Positions 38,317 to 50,363 of a DNA stretch of 64,000 nucleotides are shown here, piece by piece. This DNA is from Squalus acanthias (Eukaryota). Location of the stretch: positions 152,522,001 through 152,586,000 of the forward strand of contig CM059432.1 in NCBI GenBank assembly GCA_030390025.1. Direction: 5' to 3'. The first letter of the stretch is position 1. Each line of letters begins with the position of its first letter. Below the pieces are notes generated by a model, which saw nothing but the letters and a program-made list of their open reading frames with translations, searched no databases and was not told the origin of the DNA. The position numbers and the translations under genes are program-made.

Positions 38317-38440
38317 ATGGATGCCCAGTCACACACTACTACTGCAGCTGAAAAGAAAAAAGTAGAAAATTCCATTGTAAAGGGCTCTTCTCGCACAGAT
38401 GTCAGTGAAAAAGCCGTAGCCTCCAGTACAACATCCAATG
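38317..38440 (+). CDS. GLI3: Transcription factor GLI3, first coding exon (41 codons + 1 nt, phase-1 intron)
   Basis: [41 protein letters not shown] matches the human GLI3 N-terminus [41 protein letters not shown]. Strong Kozak (accATGG). Donor G|GTAAGT follows 124 coding nt, as I recall for mammals. Confidence 0.96.
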
Positions 38441-39084
38441 GTAAGTAGTGTAGTGTACGGGGATTTGCTAACAGTGAGAGCAGCAATTATTTTTTTTTTG
38501 TTCACTGCATTCCTCGTGAATGGATCAGCTGCACCTGGATTTTTGTTTGTTTTGGGAAAGTGTTGGTGGTGGGTGGAGGAAGAAGAATTTGGAATTAAAG
38601 TAATCCCTGTTATAAGCCCAACGCAGAGCAATTTTTCTTTCACGCTGCTGGGTTCTGTTCCATTTAAAGCTGCTCTTTGTAATTTGATGAGATTTACCGT
38701 GATTTTTTTTCCTTCTCTAGTGGGCTGTGCAGTTGCTGCATGAAGAGTTGTGGCCAGTTGCACATACGTGCAAATTGATTCTCCTTCCTCCTTTAAATAT
38801 GCACTGGAGTGTTGTGCCTGTTGAGCTGTCATTATTGAGTGTGTGGTGCTTGCTCTAGCCTTGTGTACACACTTTCTTGTTTGTGCAGGGGGAGAATAGG
38901 CACAGGGAGCACAGATGATGGTAAGCGGCCTAAATTGGGGCCTACTGATTGGACCCGTGACTTGCTGAGTCCTGGAGTCCGGTAATAAAATGTTAGATTC
39001 AGACTGAGGCACAAAAGCAACAAGTACCCTGTGCACACAATTGGGGACCATCTTACACATAGTGAGAGGAAGAAAATTATAATT

Positions 39085-39542
39085 TGGATGCAGGGATGAG
39101 GGACTTCAGTTATGTGGAGAGACTAGAGAAGCTGGGATTCTTCTCCTTAGAGCAGGGAGATTAAGGGGAGATTTGATAGAGGTGTCCAAAATTATGCGTG
39201 GTTTTGATAGAGTAAATAAGGAGAAACTATTTCCATTGGTGGAAGAATCGGTAACCAGAGGACACAGATTTAAGATCATTGGCAAAAGAGCCAGCGGTGA
39301 GATGAGGAGAATTTGTTTTTACGCAGCGAGTTGTTGTGATCTGGAATTCACTGCTTGACAGGGTGGTGGAAGTAAATTCAATAGTAACTTTCAAAAGGGA
39401 ATTGGATAAATACTTGAAAAGGAAAAATTTGCAGGGTTATAGTGAAAGAGCAAGGGAATGCGACTAATTGGAGAGCTCTTTCAAAGAGCTGGCACAGGCA
39501 CGATGGGCTGAATGGCCTCTTTCTGTGATCTAAGATTCTATG
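39085..39542 (+). mobile_element. CR1 LINE 3' fragment
   Basis: MIEVSKIMRGFDRVNKEKLFPLVEESVTRGHRFK C-terminal CR1 motif plus 3' UTR. Confidence 0.88.
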
Positions 39543-42500
39543 TGAATATCCCTCATTTTCCCATCCTGCCCTGCTCCTTTCTGCTCTGGTGTCCTCTGCT
39601 CTGAGCCGGCACTTGGGACCAGATGGAATTTCACCGTGGAAACATATTTGTGTCCCTGCTGCAGATGATCTTCAACTACTCAAGAGGACAGCTGACCCTT
39701 TATCATTTGTGAAGCTTTTTTTTTTAGATATGTTGTTATTTGATGATGATTGAACAGAGCTCTGAGCCTTAAAATGAGTTCTGCAAAAACGGTGAATCTG
39801 AGAGATGGGTTTGTACTGTATAAGTTATTGAGTACAGTGACTTAATGAAATCTGTGTCAATGCCAAAGATGTGGCCGTTTCCTTTAATCTCCTTGTTCTT
39901 ATGTTCCAAAGGCAGGTGGACATTCCTGGTTTTCTTTTAATTGTGCAAGAGCTGATATTGTAGAGCTGCAGAATTTGAAGTCTGCCAAGAGGACCTAAAG
40001 TTGTTAACATTTTCGTCCCTGTGTCCTTCTCCCCCAGCCCGCCCTTGCCCCCCAAATGTTGCGACGCCGATGAATCCTTGCTTCACCCCCCACCCCCCTT
40101 CCTTCCCCTTTAATTAGCATCTTTCATTCCGTGGAGTCTGGCAAGGGGGAACAATAAAAAAAAACTCATTGTAGGGTGGCAATAAAAAGAAGCAGTGGGG
40201 CTCGTGCGAGGAACACTTCCTATTGCAGTGGTAGCTCGTACTTTCCAGCCAGCGCTGCTATAAAAGGAGTGTTAAAACTTTTTACCCATTTATGGCCTCA
40301 TGGTCAGAATGAAGTAATACGTGAGTCACGTTGTGTGGGTCAGAGTTGAAAAGAGGCAGCGAGCAATATGGAGAGCTTAGTCTGCATTTAACATTCTGAA
40401 AGGGGAGGAGAGGGGGGGTGCTCACATTATGATACAAGGCAGTCAGGAATGCCGTGAAACCCAATCCACAGTGGCTGATAAGGATCTTTGACTCCCCAGG
40501 GACAGGCCAGATTTTAGCCCTATTCTGAAAACCTTTCTCGCAACCCCCCCCTCCCCCAACCCACCAACCTACCGAAATGAAAAAGAAACATTCTAGAATT
40601 CGTAAAAAATTCACTTTTTTATTTGTTACCAGCATGAAAGGCTTTTGAGTTAGAAATGTATATTGCTTAAGGGTTTCTTTTACTCAGTTACACTGGTTTC
40701 ACAAAACCTCTGGACATTTCTTTTTTTTAAATAAAAGTTTAAAATAATACTGCATTATTTAAAAGAAAAAGTTCTGTTTAATTTTGTTTTTGGAAAGCCA
40801 GCGCAATTTATTTTTCCAGCAGTTTAAGAGTCTGCTAACTGAACTTCACAAGCTTTAAATGTTCATCATTCGACCTCATCTAAAATGCCTGATTCAGAGA
40901 GTAATATTGTAGTGTAGCAAAGGCTAGGGATTTTCCACTAACTTTCTTTTTTTTGGCTGGGCTAGCTCATGCTGTTTTTTTTTTAGTTAAAGTTGAGTAC
41001 CATCCCAATTATTAAATCTTAGGAGACCATTCCTGTATCTTTCTATAAATGGTAGCTTCATCCCAAGTTCTTTCATCTCTTTTTCACCTCTCCTGGTTTG
41101 ACAGTTGAAAAGGTCTGACTGTGCCACACAATGGTTTGATTGGTTTCTCTGGGGGATGCTTTTCCCTGCCTCATCATTCGCCAGGCAGGTGGACCAGAAA
41201 GTCTTCTGATTCTTTTGTTGCTTCTCAAAGTCTGGGGTCTTTGAGAGAATAAATCCACCGTCATGGGATAATTTGCTAAAGGAGACTGGAGGAGGTTAGA
41301 GAAAAGCCTCTCCACTTGGGTGCGGAATTAATGAAATACTGATGTTCCAGTCCTTGCAATTGAAAATCTCTGGGAATGCAATGGGTGGAGACGGCACTTG
41401 TCATGTTTTAAAAAAAACCTGTGCTCATTACTTCAGATTTATGAAGCTTAAACTAATGCAAAGTTTGTAAAATAATAAGCACAAATCTTTACCCCTGTGT
41501 GTAATTTTGAGTTACAGTATTAAAATTTGTGGGGTGGGGGGGCATATGTTCAAAGGAAAGTTCATGCAGAAAAGATCAACGCTCACATATACTCCTTAAG
41601 CCTTTAGATTACCCACTAACAGCAAATAGTAGGAATTCCATGTGACAGAAGTAAGCTTAAGTTAACACAGGATAAAAAGTAAATTACAGATAGGCTGTCC
41701 TCAGCCATCTTTGTGGCTACAGATAAGGTTTCATTTCAGAACGGACAGACGACTTTTCCACTTACAGACCCATTCTGCTGCACCTGTGATAACAACTCCT
41801 GGATTCTAATTGAAATTGGTTTGAAAATGGATTTTTAGTTTTCTGTGTCTGTGAAAATATTGAATGGAGTCGAGCTGCCAGTAAGTATCCCAGACTGTGG
41901 AAATGTGGCAGGAAACTGGAATCATCTTTCAAGCCTGTATCAATGATACGACAGTTTTGTGATCTGTCATATTAATGAAATCATTGATCACTTGATGGAG
42001 TGGGTAATAAACTGCTTTCTGAGAATATTGTTCAGAAAGGCTGATCAAAGTCTGTGGAGATGAAAAAGTATAAAGCTCGAAATTGTCGAGCCACCTACAT
42101 TAATAGGTGGATGGCAGCTTTTGTTGTATGGGTTTTCAAACAACACATATCTATTGATTTTTGAATTTGGCTTCAAATATACTGTTGAGGGCACATTAAT
42201 CAAATTGTGGATGTTAACCTGGGCATTTTAACTTCTGAGCATTTGAACGAGTGCCGCTTCATATTTCTTTCTGTGTCTCTGTGTCATCTTTCTTCAATGC
42301 AAGAGGGGAAAACATTTCCTGGATTTTTCTCATTTATTTTTCTGTGGCTCTGTCCTCTCATGCTGACTCTGCACCCTTTCATTTCCAGGCTCACTGATAC
42401 ACGTGTTATTGCTGCTGTAAGCTTTCTGTCATTCCCCATTGCTGTGACTGGGTTGTTTGCACTTCATTTTTAAGACTTTACTCTTTATTATCACTGCTAA

Positions 42501-42619
42501 ATCGACTACCTTTAAGGCCAATATTTAACTTTGTGCTACTCATAGAGGTAAATTTATTTTGTGTTTTTTTTCCAAGACAATTTTTACGTGATACTTTTCT
42601 GAAACTGTTTAAAGGTGCT

Positions 42620-42960
42620 GTGGTGATAATTCAGTTGGTAAATGCACAATGAGTTATTTTGATCTGTACTCTGGTTCAATCCTGAACTAGCTGATCTCAG
42701 TCAGGGATGTTGATGGGGCCTCTTAAATGCCCCTGGGCTAGGGAAAGAATTTCAGCCAGGATTCCCGCTGGCAATCACTTCCTGTTGGAAGTAGAGATGT
42801 GTGGAAATCATGCAGGGAAAGGATCTGGATTGTCTGATGCCACTTGCCTCCCATGGTCAAATAGCCAGCCAACACTCTGCTTACATTCACACATAAAGGA
42901 TGGGTGCTTAAGTGAGGTACTGGAGGGCTGTTGGCAATTCTGGTACTGTAGGGTTACTTC
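42620..42960 (+). mobile_element. Old SINE-like repeat, related to 29750-30090
   Basis: ggttcaatcc B-box-like motif and ccctgggctagggaaagaatttcagccaggattcc block. Confidence 0.5.
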
Positions 42961-43095
42961 AGCAAGGCTATATTCCCAAGACATGATGGCAGTTGGCCAG
43001 ATGGGTGTGCAGGTCAGAGACCGGTTTTCAGCTATGTGGCACTGACTCTCCAACCTACGCCCGGCTCGAGCGATGCTCCATCCTTGGAGTGTGGG

Positions 43096-43322
43096 AAATA
43101 ACAACAGAAAACGCTGGAAAAACTCAGCAGGCCAGGCAGCATCCGTGGAGAGAGAAAGAGAGTTAACGTTTCAGGTCGATGACCTTTCATCAGATGAAAG
43201 GTCATCGACCTGAAACGTTAACTCTCTTTCTCTCTCCACGGATGCTGCCTGGCCTGCTGAGTTTTTCCAGCGTTTTCTGTTGTTATTTCGGATTTCCAGC
43301 ATCCGCAGTATTTTGCTATCGT
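43096..43322. mobile_element. Penelope-like element end forming a perfect palindrome
   Basis: 97-bp perfect inverted arms (43095-43191 / 43193-43289) plus a 33-nt tail. 13-bp TSD CTTGGAGTGTGGG (43083-43095, 43323-43335). Hammerhead-like CTGATGA...GAAAC at the centre on the minus strand. Confidence 0.8.
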
Positions 43323-43584
43323 CTTGGAGTGTGGGGTTGCCTAATATAAATATTTTAAAATATACAAACTCCCAAACTTGTCAAACAGAGCCCTGTGTAG
43401 CACCATGCATACAGAGCAAGGGACTGCATGTTACAGTAAAACGTGGTCCACGTGAGATAAATTACACCGAATTTATGCTGTATTATAAATCTATTGTCCA
43501 TTACCACCTGTTTGCCCACTGGTCATTGAACTGTAGCCAGAATTACATCACACTTCATTTTCCCCTCTCTTTAGTGTTCCAGCT

Positions 43585-44872
43585 CGCATCTCCCTGCTGT
43601 GGCACTCACTCCTCCTCCGCATCTCCCTGCTGTGGCACTCACTCCTCCTCCACATCTCCCTGCTGTGGCACTCACTCCTCCTCCGCATCTCCCTGCTGTG
43701 GCACTCACTCCTCCTCCGCACCTCCCTGCTGTAACACTCACTCCTCCTCCACATCTCCCTGCTGTGGCACTCACTCCTCCTCCGCACCTCCCTGCTGTGG
43801 CACTCACTCCTCCTCCGCACCTCCCTGCTGTAACACTCACTCCTCCTCCACACCTCCCTGCTGTAACACTCACTCCTCCTCCGCACCTCCCTGCTGTAAC
43901 ACTCACTCCTCCTCCGCACCTCCCTGCTGTAACACTCACTCCTCCTCCACATCTCCCTGCTGTGGCACTCACTCCTCCTCCACATCTCCCTGCTGTAACA
44001 CTCACTCCTCCTCCACATCTCCCTGCTGTGGCACTCACTCCTCCTCCGCATCTCCCTGCTGTGGCACTCACTCCTCCTCCGCACCTCCCTGCTGTGGCAC
44101 TCACTCCTCCTCCGCACCTCCCTGCTGTGGCACTCACTCCTCCTCCGCACCTCCCTGCTGTGGCACTCACTCCTCCTCCGCACCTCCCTGCTGTGGCACT
44201 CACTCCTCCTCCGCACCTCCCTGCTGTAACACTCACTCCTCCTCCACATCTCCCTGCTGTGGCACTCACTCCTCCTCCGCACCTCCCTGCTGTGGCACTC
44301 ACTCCTCCTCCGCATCTCCCTGCTGTGGCACTCACTCCTCCTCCGCACCTCCCTGCTGTGGCACTCACTCCTCCTCCGCACCTCCCTGCTGTGGCACTCA
44401 CTCCTCCTCCGCACCTCCCTGCTGTAACACTCACTCCTCCTCCACATCTCCCTGCTGTGGCACTCACTCCTCCTCCACATCTCCCTGCTGTGGCACTCAC
44501 TCCTCCTCCGCATCTCCCTGCTGTGGCACTCACTCCTCCTCCGCACCTCCCTGCTGTGGCACTCACTCCTCCTCCACATCTCCCTGCTGTAACACTCACT
44601 CCTCCTCCGCACCTCCCTGCTGTGGCACTCACTCCTCCTCCACATCTCCCTGCTGTAACACTCACTCCTCCTTCACATCTCCCTGCTGTAACACTCACTC
44701 CTCCTCCACATCTCCATGCTGTGGCACTCACTCCTCCTCCTCATCTCCCTGCTGTAGCACTCACTCCTCCTCCGCACCTCCCTGCTGTGGCACTCACTCC
44801 TCCTCCACATCTCCCTGCTGTAACACTCACTCCTCCTCCGCACCTCCCTGCTGTAGCACTCACTCCTCCTCC
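43585..44872. repeat. 33-bp minisatellite, about 39 units
   Basis: Unit c(g/a)ca(t/c)ctccctgctgt(gg/aa)cactcactcctcctc. Confidence 0.97.
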
Positions 44873-45299
44873 TCTTCAAAAAGTAGTACAGAGTCTCTTT
44901 ACTGCTCGTCGTGTTTCACTTTGTGATTGGCTAATAGGAAGTGTATCTCTTTGCTATGGGGAGGGGAGGAGATCTCACTGGTCTTCCCCGCGGCCCTGCT
45001 CCCTCTTGTGGCCTGGCCATCAATTGGGGGCAAATAGCCCAGGGAGGGCAAGAGTATTGTGGCTGGAGTACCATAGCACCCTAATATGATTAATTCTAGA
45101 CTAATTAAAAATATATGCCCTGCATTTACATTTAAAACATGTAAAAGGCTTTACACAGGCTGATCCATTTGCTTTGCTGTACAATGCAGGTTGCTTACCA
45201 TAGGACAGTGTTCCAACCAAGTGATTTTTATTATAACTAGTTGGGGGTGGGGAAGGAGGAGTTTTATTTGTATGCGGTCTCATTGTGTTAGAGATTTAA

Positions 45300-46160
45300 G
45301 TGTCAGCTTGGCTCAATTGATGGTACACTCAGCCCCGAGTCATAGTTCTGGGTTCAAGCCCGACAGCAATTAATCAGACTGCAGTACTGAGGGAGTTCTA
45401 TCTTTTGGGTAAGACCTGGAACCAAGGTTCTGTCGACCAGCTGAGGCAGATGTTAAAGACCCCATGCCATTATTCGCAAAGAAAGAAAGATTTGCATTTC
45501 TACAGCGCCTTTCACGACCACCGGATGTCTCAAAGTGCTTTACAGCCAATGAAGTACTTTTTGAAGTGTAGTCACTGTTGTAATGTGGGAAACGCGGCAG
45601 TCAATTTGCGCACAGCAAGCTCCCACAAACAGCAATGTGATAATGACCAGATAATCTGTTTTTGTTATGTTGGTTGAGGGATAAATATTGGCCAAAACAT
45701 CGGGGATAATTCCCCTACTCTTATTTGAAATAGTGCCATGGGATCTTTTACGTCCACTTGAGAGAGCAGACGGGGCCTCGATTTAACATCTCATCTGAAA
45801 GACGGCACCTCCGATAGTGTAGCACTCCCTCAGCACTGCAGTGGAGTGTCAGCCTAGCTTTATGTGCTCAAGTCTCTGGAGTGGGACTATGAACCCACAA
45901 CCTTCTGACTCAGAGGCGAGTGTGCTACCCACTGAACCACAGTAGAAGGGATGTCCTGGTCAATATTAATCCCTCAACCAACACACCACACCAACAAAAC
46001 CATATTATCTGGTTAATCATCTGCTGTTTGTGGAACCTTTCTATGTTTTTGCATTTGCGTAGATAATCACTTCAAAACTAGTGCACTGATTATAAAGTGC
46101 TTTGAGACACCCTGAGGATGTGTGTAAGGCACTAAATAAACGCAGGTTCTTTCTTTCTTT
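45300..46160 (+). mobile_element. Older DeuSINE copy split by a younger antisense copy
   Basis: Head at 45300-45476. The body resumes at ~45945 (gatgtcctggtcaatatt...) and runs to the tail ttctttctttcttt. Confidence 0.7.
45478..45942 (-). mobile_element. Near full-length DeuSINE (SacSINE1-like)
   Basis: Colinear with 23331-23773. Confidence 0.88.
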
Positions 46161-47234
46161 ATGAATGCACTGTCTAAAGACCCACTGAAGGTTGAAGTTG
46201 CCGTAGTAATTCATCGTCCCTGACAATTCAGTTGCTTTTCATGTAGGTGGTTAGTTGCTCGTTGATCTCTATTGGTGAATCCATTGTTAACCCAATGAAA
46301 GACAGTTGAACTGCAGATGCCCATCCAGTGGACTTCACTAATTGTGTCGGTTGCAAATGGCTCTGCCTCCCCAGTGGTGTGTAGTCTATGCTTTTCTCTG
46401 GTATTTTATTTGCAAGCACTTGTTTTTGAAAAAAACCCACAATACCACAGCAGCATTGCTGGAGAGCCGTCTCGTGGCCGTTTTGGAGGTTGAGCGGCGC
46501 CAACACACTTGTATTCAGCCCTTGGTGGAGGTATAACCAATTTTTAACTGGTCGAGTCTCTTGCTTAGACCACACGGGATGAAATTTGGGCAGTTGGGTT
46601 GGTAGCCACCCTTCCCCTTCTTTAACCAGACAGACCCATGGCTTCCCTGCCTTCGGCTGGTAATTCTGTACAGCCAGCACGGCAGAGATGAAAATCAGAA
46701 ACCGGGTTGTTTATTTCTGCTGCTATTGGCTGGAAGTAGCCATGAGTAGTATGAGCTGCAAATCTTTGCAATTAAAGCTGCTTCTATATTGTGTTTAGTG
46801 GGGGCGAGACCTGCTGGTTTCCAAAATGTAGCTGTCTCTAAGCTGGTGAATTTGTCTGATTTGCTGAAGCTGGCTGGTGGGAAGCCCTGTTTTTTTTACT
46901 GGTTTTAGTGAATCTGGCAGGTTTACTCTGGGGTTGCCACAGGTTGTGGAACACCCACGGGTCGGCATTGGTGGCCTCGAGCGCCCCACTAAACTGAAAA
47001 GTATGAAGATGCTTCTACGTTTGATCAACGTTAATTTTCAAAGCTATTTTTAACTGAGTTTTAAATTGTGAAATTCATGAAGTGATGATTTTTTTTATTG
47101 AACACTTTATAAAGCTTGCCATCAAACTTCTGGGAGATGCCTTTCAGATAGAACTGGTGACCTTCGGTATCTTCAGCTCAGTACTGGAGCAGTTGGTGAC
47201 AAAAAAAGAAAAAAGAAACATGCAAATCTCAAAT

Positions 47235-47680
47235 AAAAGAAAAGAACTTGCATTTCTATCGCACCTTTCATGACCTCGGGATGTTCCAAAGCACTTTCCG
47301 GGCAATGAAGTACTTTTGAAGTGTAGTCACTGTTCTAATGTAGGTAAGCACAACAGCCAAGTTGCGCACAGCAAGGTTCCACAAACAGCAATGAAATAAA
47401 TGGCCAGATCATCTGTTTTTAGGTGTGTTTGAGGGATAAATGTTGGCCAGGACACCAGAAGACCTCCCATCTCTTTTTCGAATAGTACCACAGGATCTTT
47501 TACGTCCACCTGAGAGTTCAGATGGCTCCGAACCGAAAGATGGCACCTTATCCGTGTCTTATCCGAAAGACTGGTTATGGTTTTGGATGCAGACCCTCCC
47601 TCAGAACGCGATGGTGCTCCTGTGCCGGGTGCTGTTGGAGAAAAGGACTCTGGTTGCAGTGGAGTCGGAGCCCACAGCTG
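47235..47680 (-). mobile_element. DeuSINE copy, head degenerate
   Basis: Tail and central domain are clear; the 5' part is disrupted. Confidence 0.75.
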
Positions 47681-50328
47681 CACTTCCTGCTCCTGAGCAA
47701 ATTGAAAATGGCAGGCCTGGCAGAGGAGCTGGAACAGATCCTTCAGTCCTTATTGTTAGAGGAAGGGGGTGGGAAAAAAAGTTTCCACATTTTTAAACAG
47801 AATGACAGTTTAATTATATTTGCTGTTTAACTGCATTGCAGTTTCAGCCATTAACAGCTCGTGTCTTGGCGGCGTTCCTGCTTTTTAAATCAAACTGAAG
47901 TTTAATCTGGAGCTTTAACCCATTCCAAACATGCAAACTTATTTTGGTTCTTTATTTTGGAAAAAAAATTGAGCTGGCAATTTTCTAAAAGGAATTTTAT
48001 AATGATTTCATTATAGGGTTTGGTAATGTGAGTTTGAAGTGCTGTGCAGACCTGTCAGGGTTAATTTAATCTGAGATTTGTATTTGAATGCCGTGCAGTA
48101 CGATTTTATTTTGCTGCTGTCACTGTGGAGTGTGTTTTGTTTTCCTTTAGGATACATCATTTCTTTTTCCCTCCTTCCTGAGGAATGATTTGATGATTGC
48201 TCCGATTTCACTGTGTTTTGTCTCCGAGGTATTCTCTCCATTCTTTCTGTAAACCCAGGTCACTCCAACTGTGATTGTGAGCTTGAAAGAAGATCTGTGA
48301 TCAAAGGCTTTAATGATATCATTGGTCTTTGGTGATTGATTAAGAACAGAAGTTCTGAAGCATTTTACATGCTTGACTTTTTTCCCTCATTACTCCAGGT
48401 TGTGCGAGTTTCTTTTAACCATTAGGAAAGTTTATGTTTTGTTTTGCTAACTCAAGTTAATTAGATTACAATAAACACAACAGGAAGAATATCCTCACTG
48501 TTTTTGCTCTGACAATAGTGCTTTTGATATGGAGCAGGATTACATGGAGCCAATCAGAAAGCATTGTGCACACCATCGTTTAGGTTAAATTTGATTTAAA
48601 TTTGAAGCATCTTTTGAAAGGCCTTTCAACCAAGAGTTGGTGCTTTATCACTTGTGCAGTTAATATTAAAAAAAAATTCTAATGGTGTCATTTTGGTTTT
48701 ATTTATCCAAGTGAGGGGTTTTGATGCAGCGCCCCCCCCCCCCCCCCCCGTTTGACAGGACGAGATTGTCCGTCCCGAGCTCCCCCACCCCCCGCCTTCC
48801 GTGCCGCCAGAGCGAGGCCTCTCCCCCACCCGTGCTGCCTGGGTGACGGCCCCCTCCTAAAATGAGAATATTCCTCCCGCCAGGGCGCAATTGTCCCGTT
48901 CCCCCACCCCCCCCAACTAGGCCGAGGTCCCCCCAACTTTGCCATGGCACAGACCTTTGCAGCTCTCCTGACGGGATTGGGTGATTGGATTCAACTGACG
49001 CGCTCTTCACACCAGGAGGTGACGAATCCTAACGCTGCCAAAAAAAAGAGGCAATTGAAGAAAAGGATGGTCCTTTTTATCACACACTGCCCTGTACACA
49101 CCCCGTAAAAATTACATTAGGCACACCAAAGTGTTTTAGTTTGATTGCACTTGAAATGAGAAGTTACAGAAGTTACAAATTTCCTCCCCCTTTGAAGAAG
49201 GCAAAATGCAGAAGGAGCCATCAATCACCATTTAACTTACTTCCTATGTTTTACCATTTGCTATTGCGGAAGATTGCCTCAAGCTTGTTTATGGTTTATT
49301 CCCTCCAGCACTGACTTCAGTTTGTAGACGGGCCCCTGCAATGGATTGATAACTGTGTTTATAGACTTGAGGGAGTATCCAAAGATAACAAAAAATGCAG
49401 ATAGATTATTTTGATAAGCCACTGAAGCATTTATAGATAACACCTGGTCGGCAGGATGTGTTTGAATGGCACCTTTCATACAATCACCTTCTCATTTGCA
49501 GCTTTTTTGGGCAGTTTGTTTTTTAAAGAGAGCCTCAACACCACCAGCCCCATAACTTACTGTTCTCAAGAGTTGATTGAAGATATAACTTCACCGAGTT
49601 TGCAGTCACAGATTTGGGGACCTTCCTGTTTATAGACTATTGATGCTGCTATTGTCTTTAAGCAGTGTAATGCACCTTATTAACACAAACATATGTGTAA
49701 CTTAGCATTCTGGCTGGCCATCTGTTCCTTTTGAATATTGTTTTACAACAGCGAAATTCCGAATTTCGTTATCATTAATTTAACCTATTAACATCACTGC
49801 GCCGAGATCAAAAATAAAACTTGTTACTTTGAGGAATATAAATTGGTTCTGCGTTCTCTAATTTTGCTTTTTTTTACTTTTAATTGGACTCTCTTGAAAA
49901 TAAGTTTGTTTACAGGTGTTTTATGGAAGTGTACATTCGCATATATTTACAAAACCATTGTACATTTTGATTGCACGGTCCCTGTGGGCGTGGAGCAGGT
50001 GATGCTAATTTTATGGCGTTTTACTTTTTAAAAATTTATGAATTGACGTTTTCACCATCGTATGGGTGGGAAAGCTGCAGAAAACCAATTACTCTCTTTT
50101 GATTAACGTTTTCTTGCCAAACTGTTGCTTTTTCCCCCACAAGATTCCAAAGTATTTGACTTTTTTTTCAAAGGCGAGTTCTAATCAGATCTGTGTACAA
50201 ATATCCAACATTAAAGAAAAGAGCCTGAGCAACTATAGTAAAATGCTACGTGCACTTTGCACTAATGAGGGATTTCCTTTTGAAACTCTGCAGTTTTCTT
50301 TTCCTGAAGACTTGTACCCTTTTGGATT

Positions 50329-50363
50329 CTTATTTCAGATTTCCAGCATCCGCAGTATTTTGC
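50329..50363 (+). mobile_element. 35-bp Penelope-like terminal remnant
   Basis: ttatttcagatttccagcatccgcagtattttgc, nearly identical to 43283-43316. Flanked by 14-bp TSD TACCCTTTTGGATT (50315-50328, 50364-50377). Confidence 0.75.

Noticed and set aside
43280..45089. Cys/Ser- or Pro-rich repeat proteins of 365-548 aa; possible CRISPR-like array
   Set aside because: A 33-bp tandem unit keeps several frames open on both strands. There are no unique spacers and the context is eukaryotic.
48700..49035. GC-rich block as a MITE or internal promoter
   Set aside because: No convincing TIR pair or TSD could be identified.
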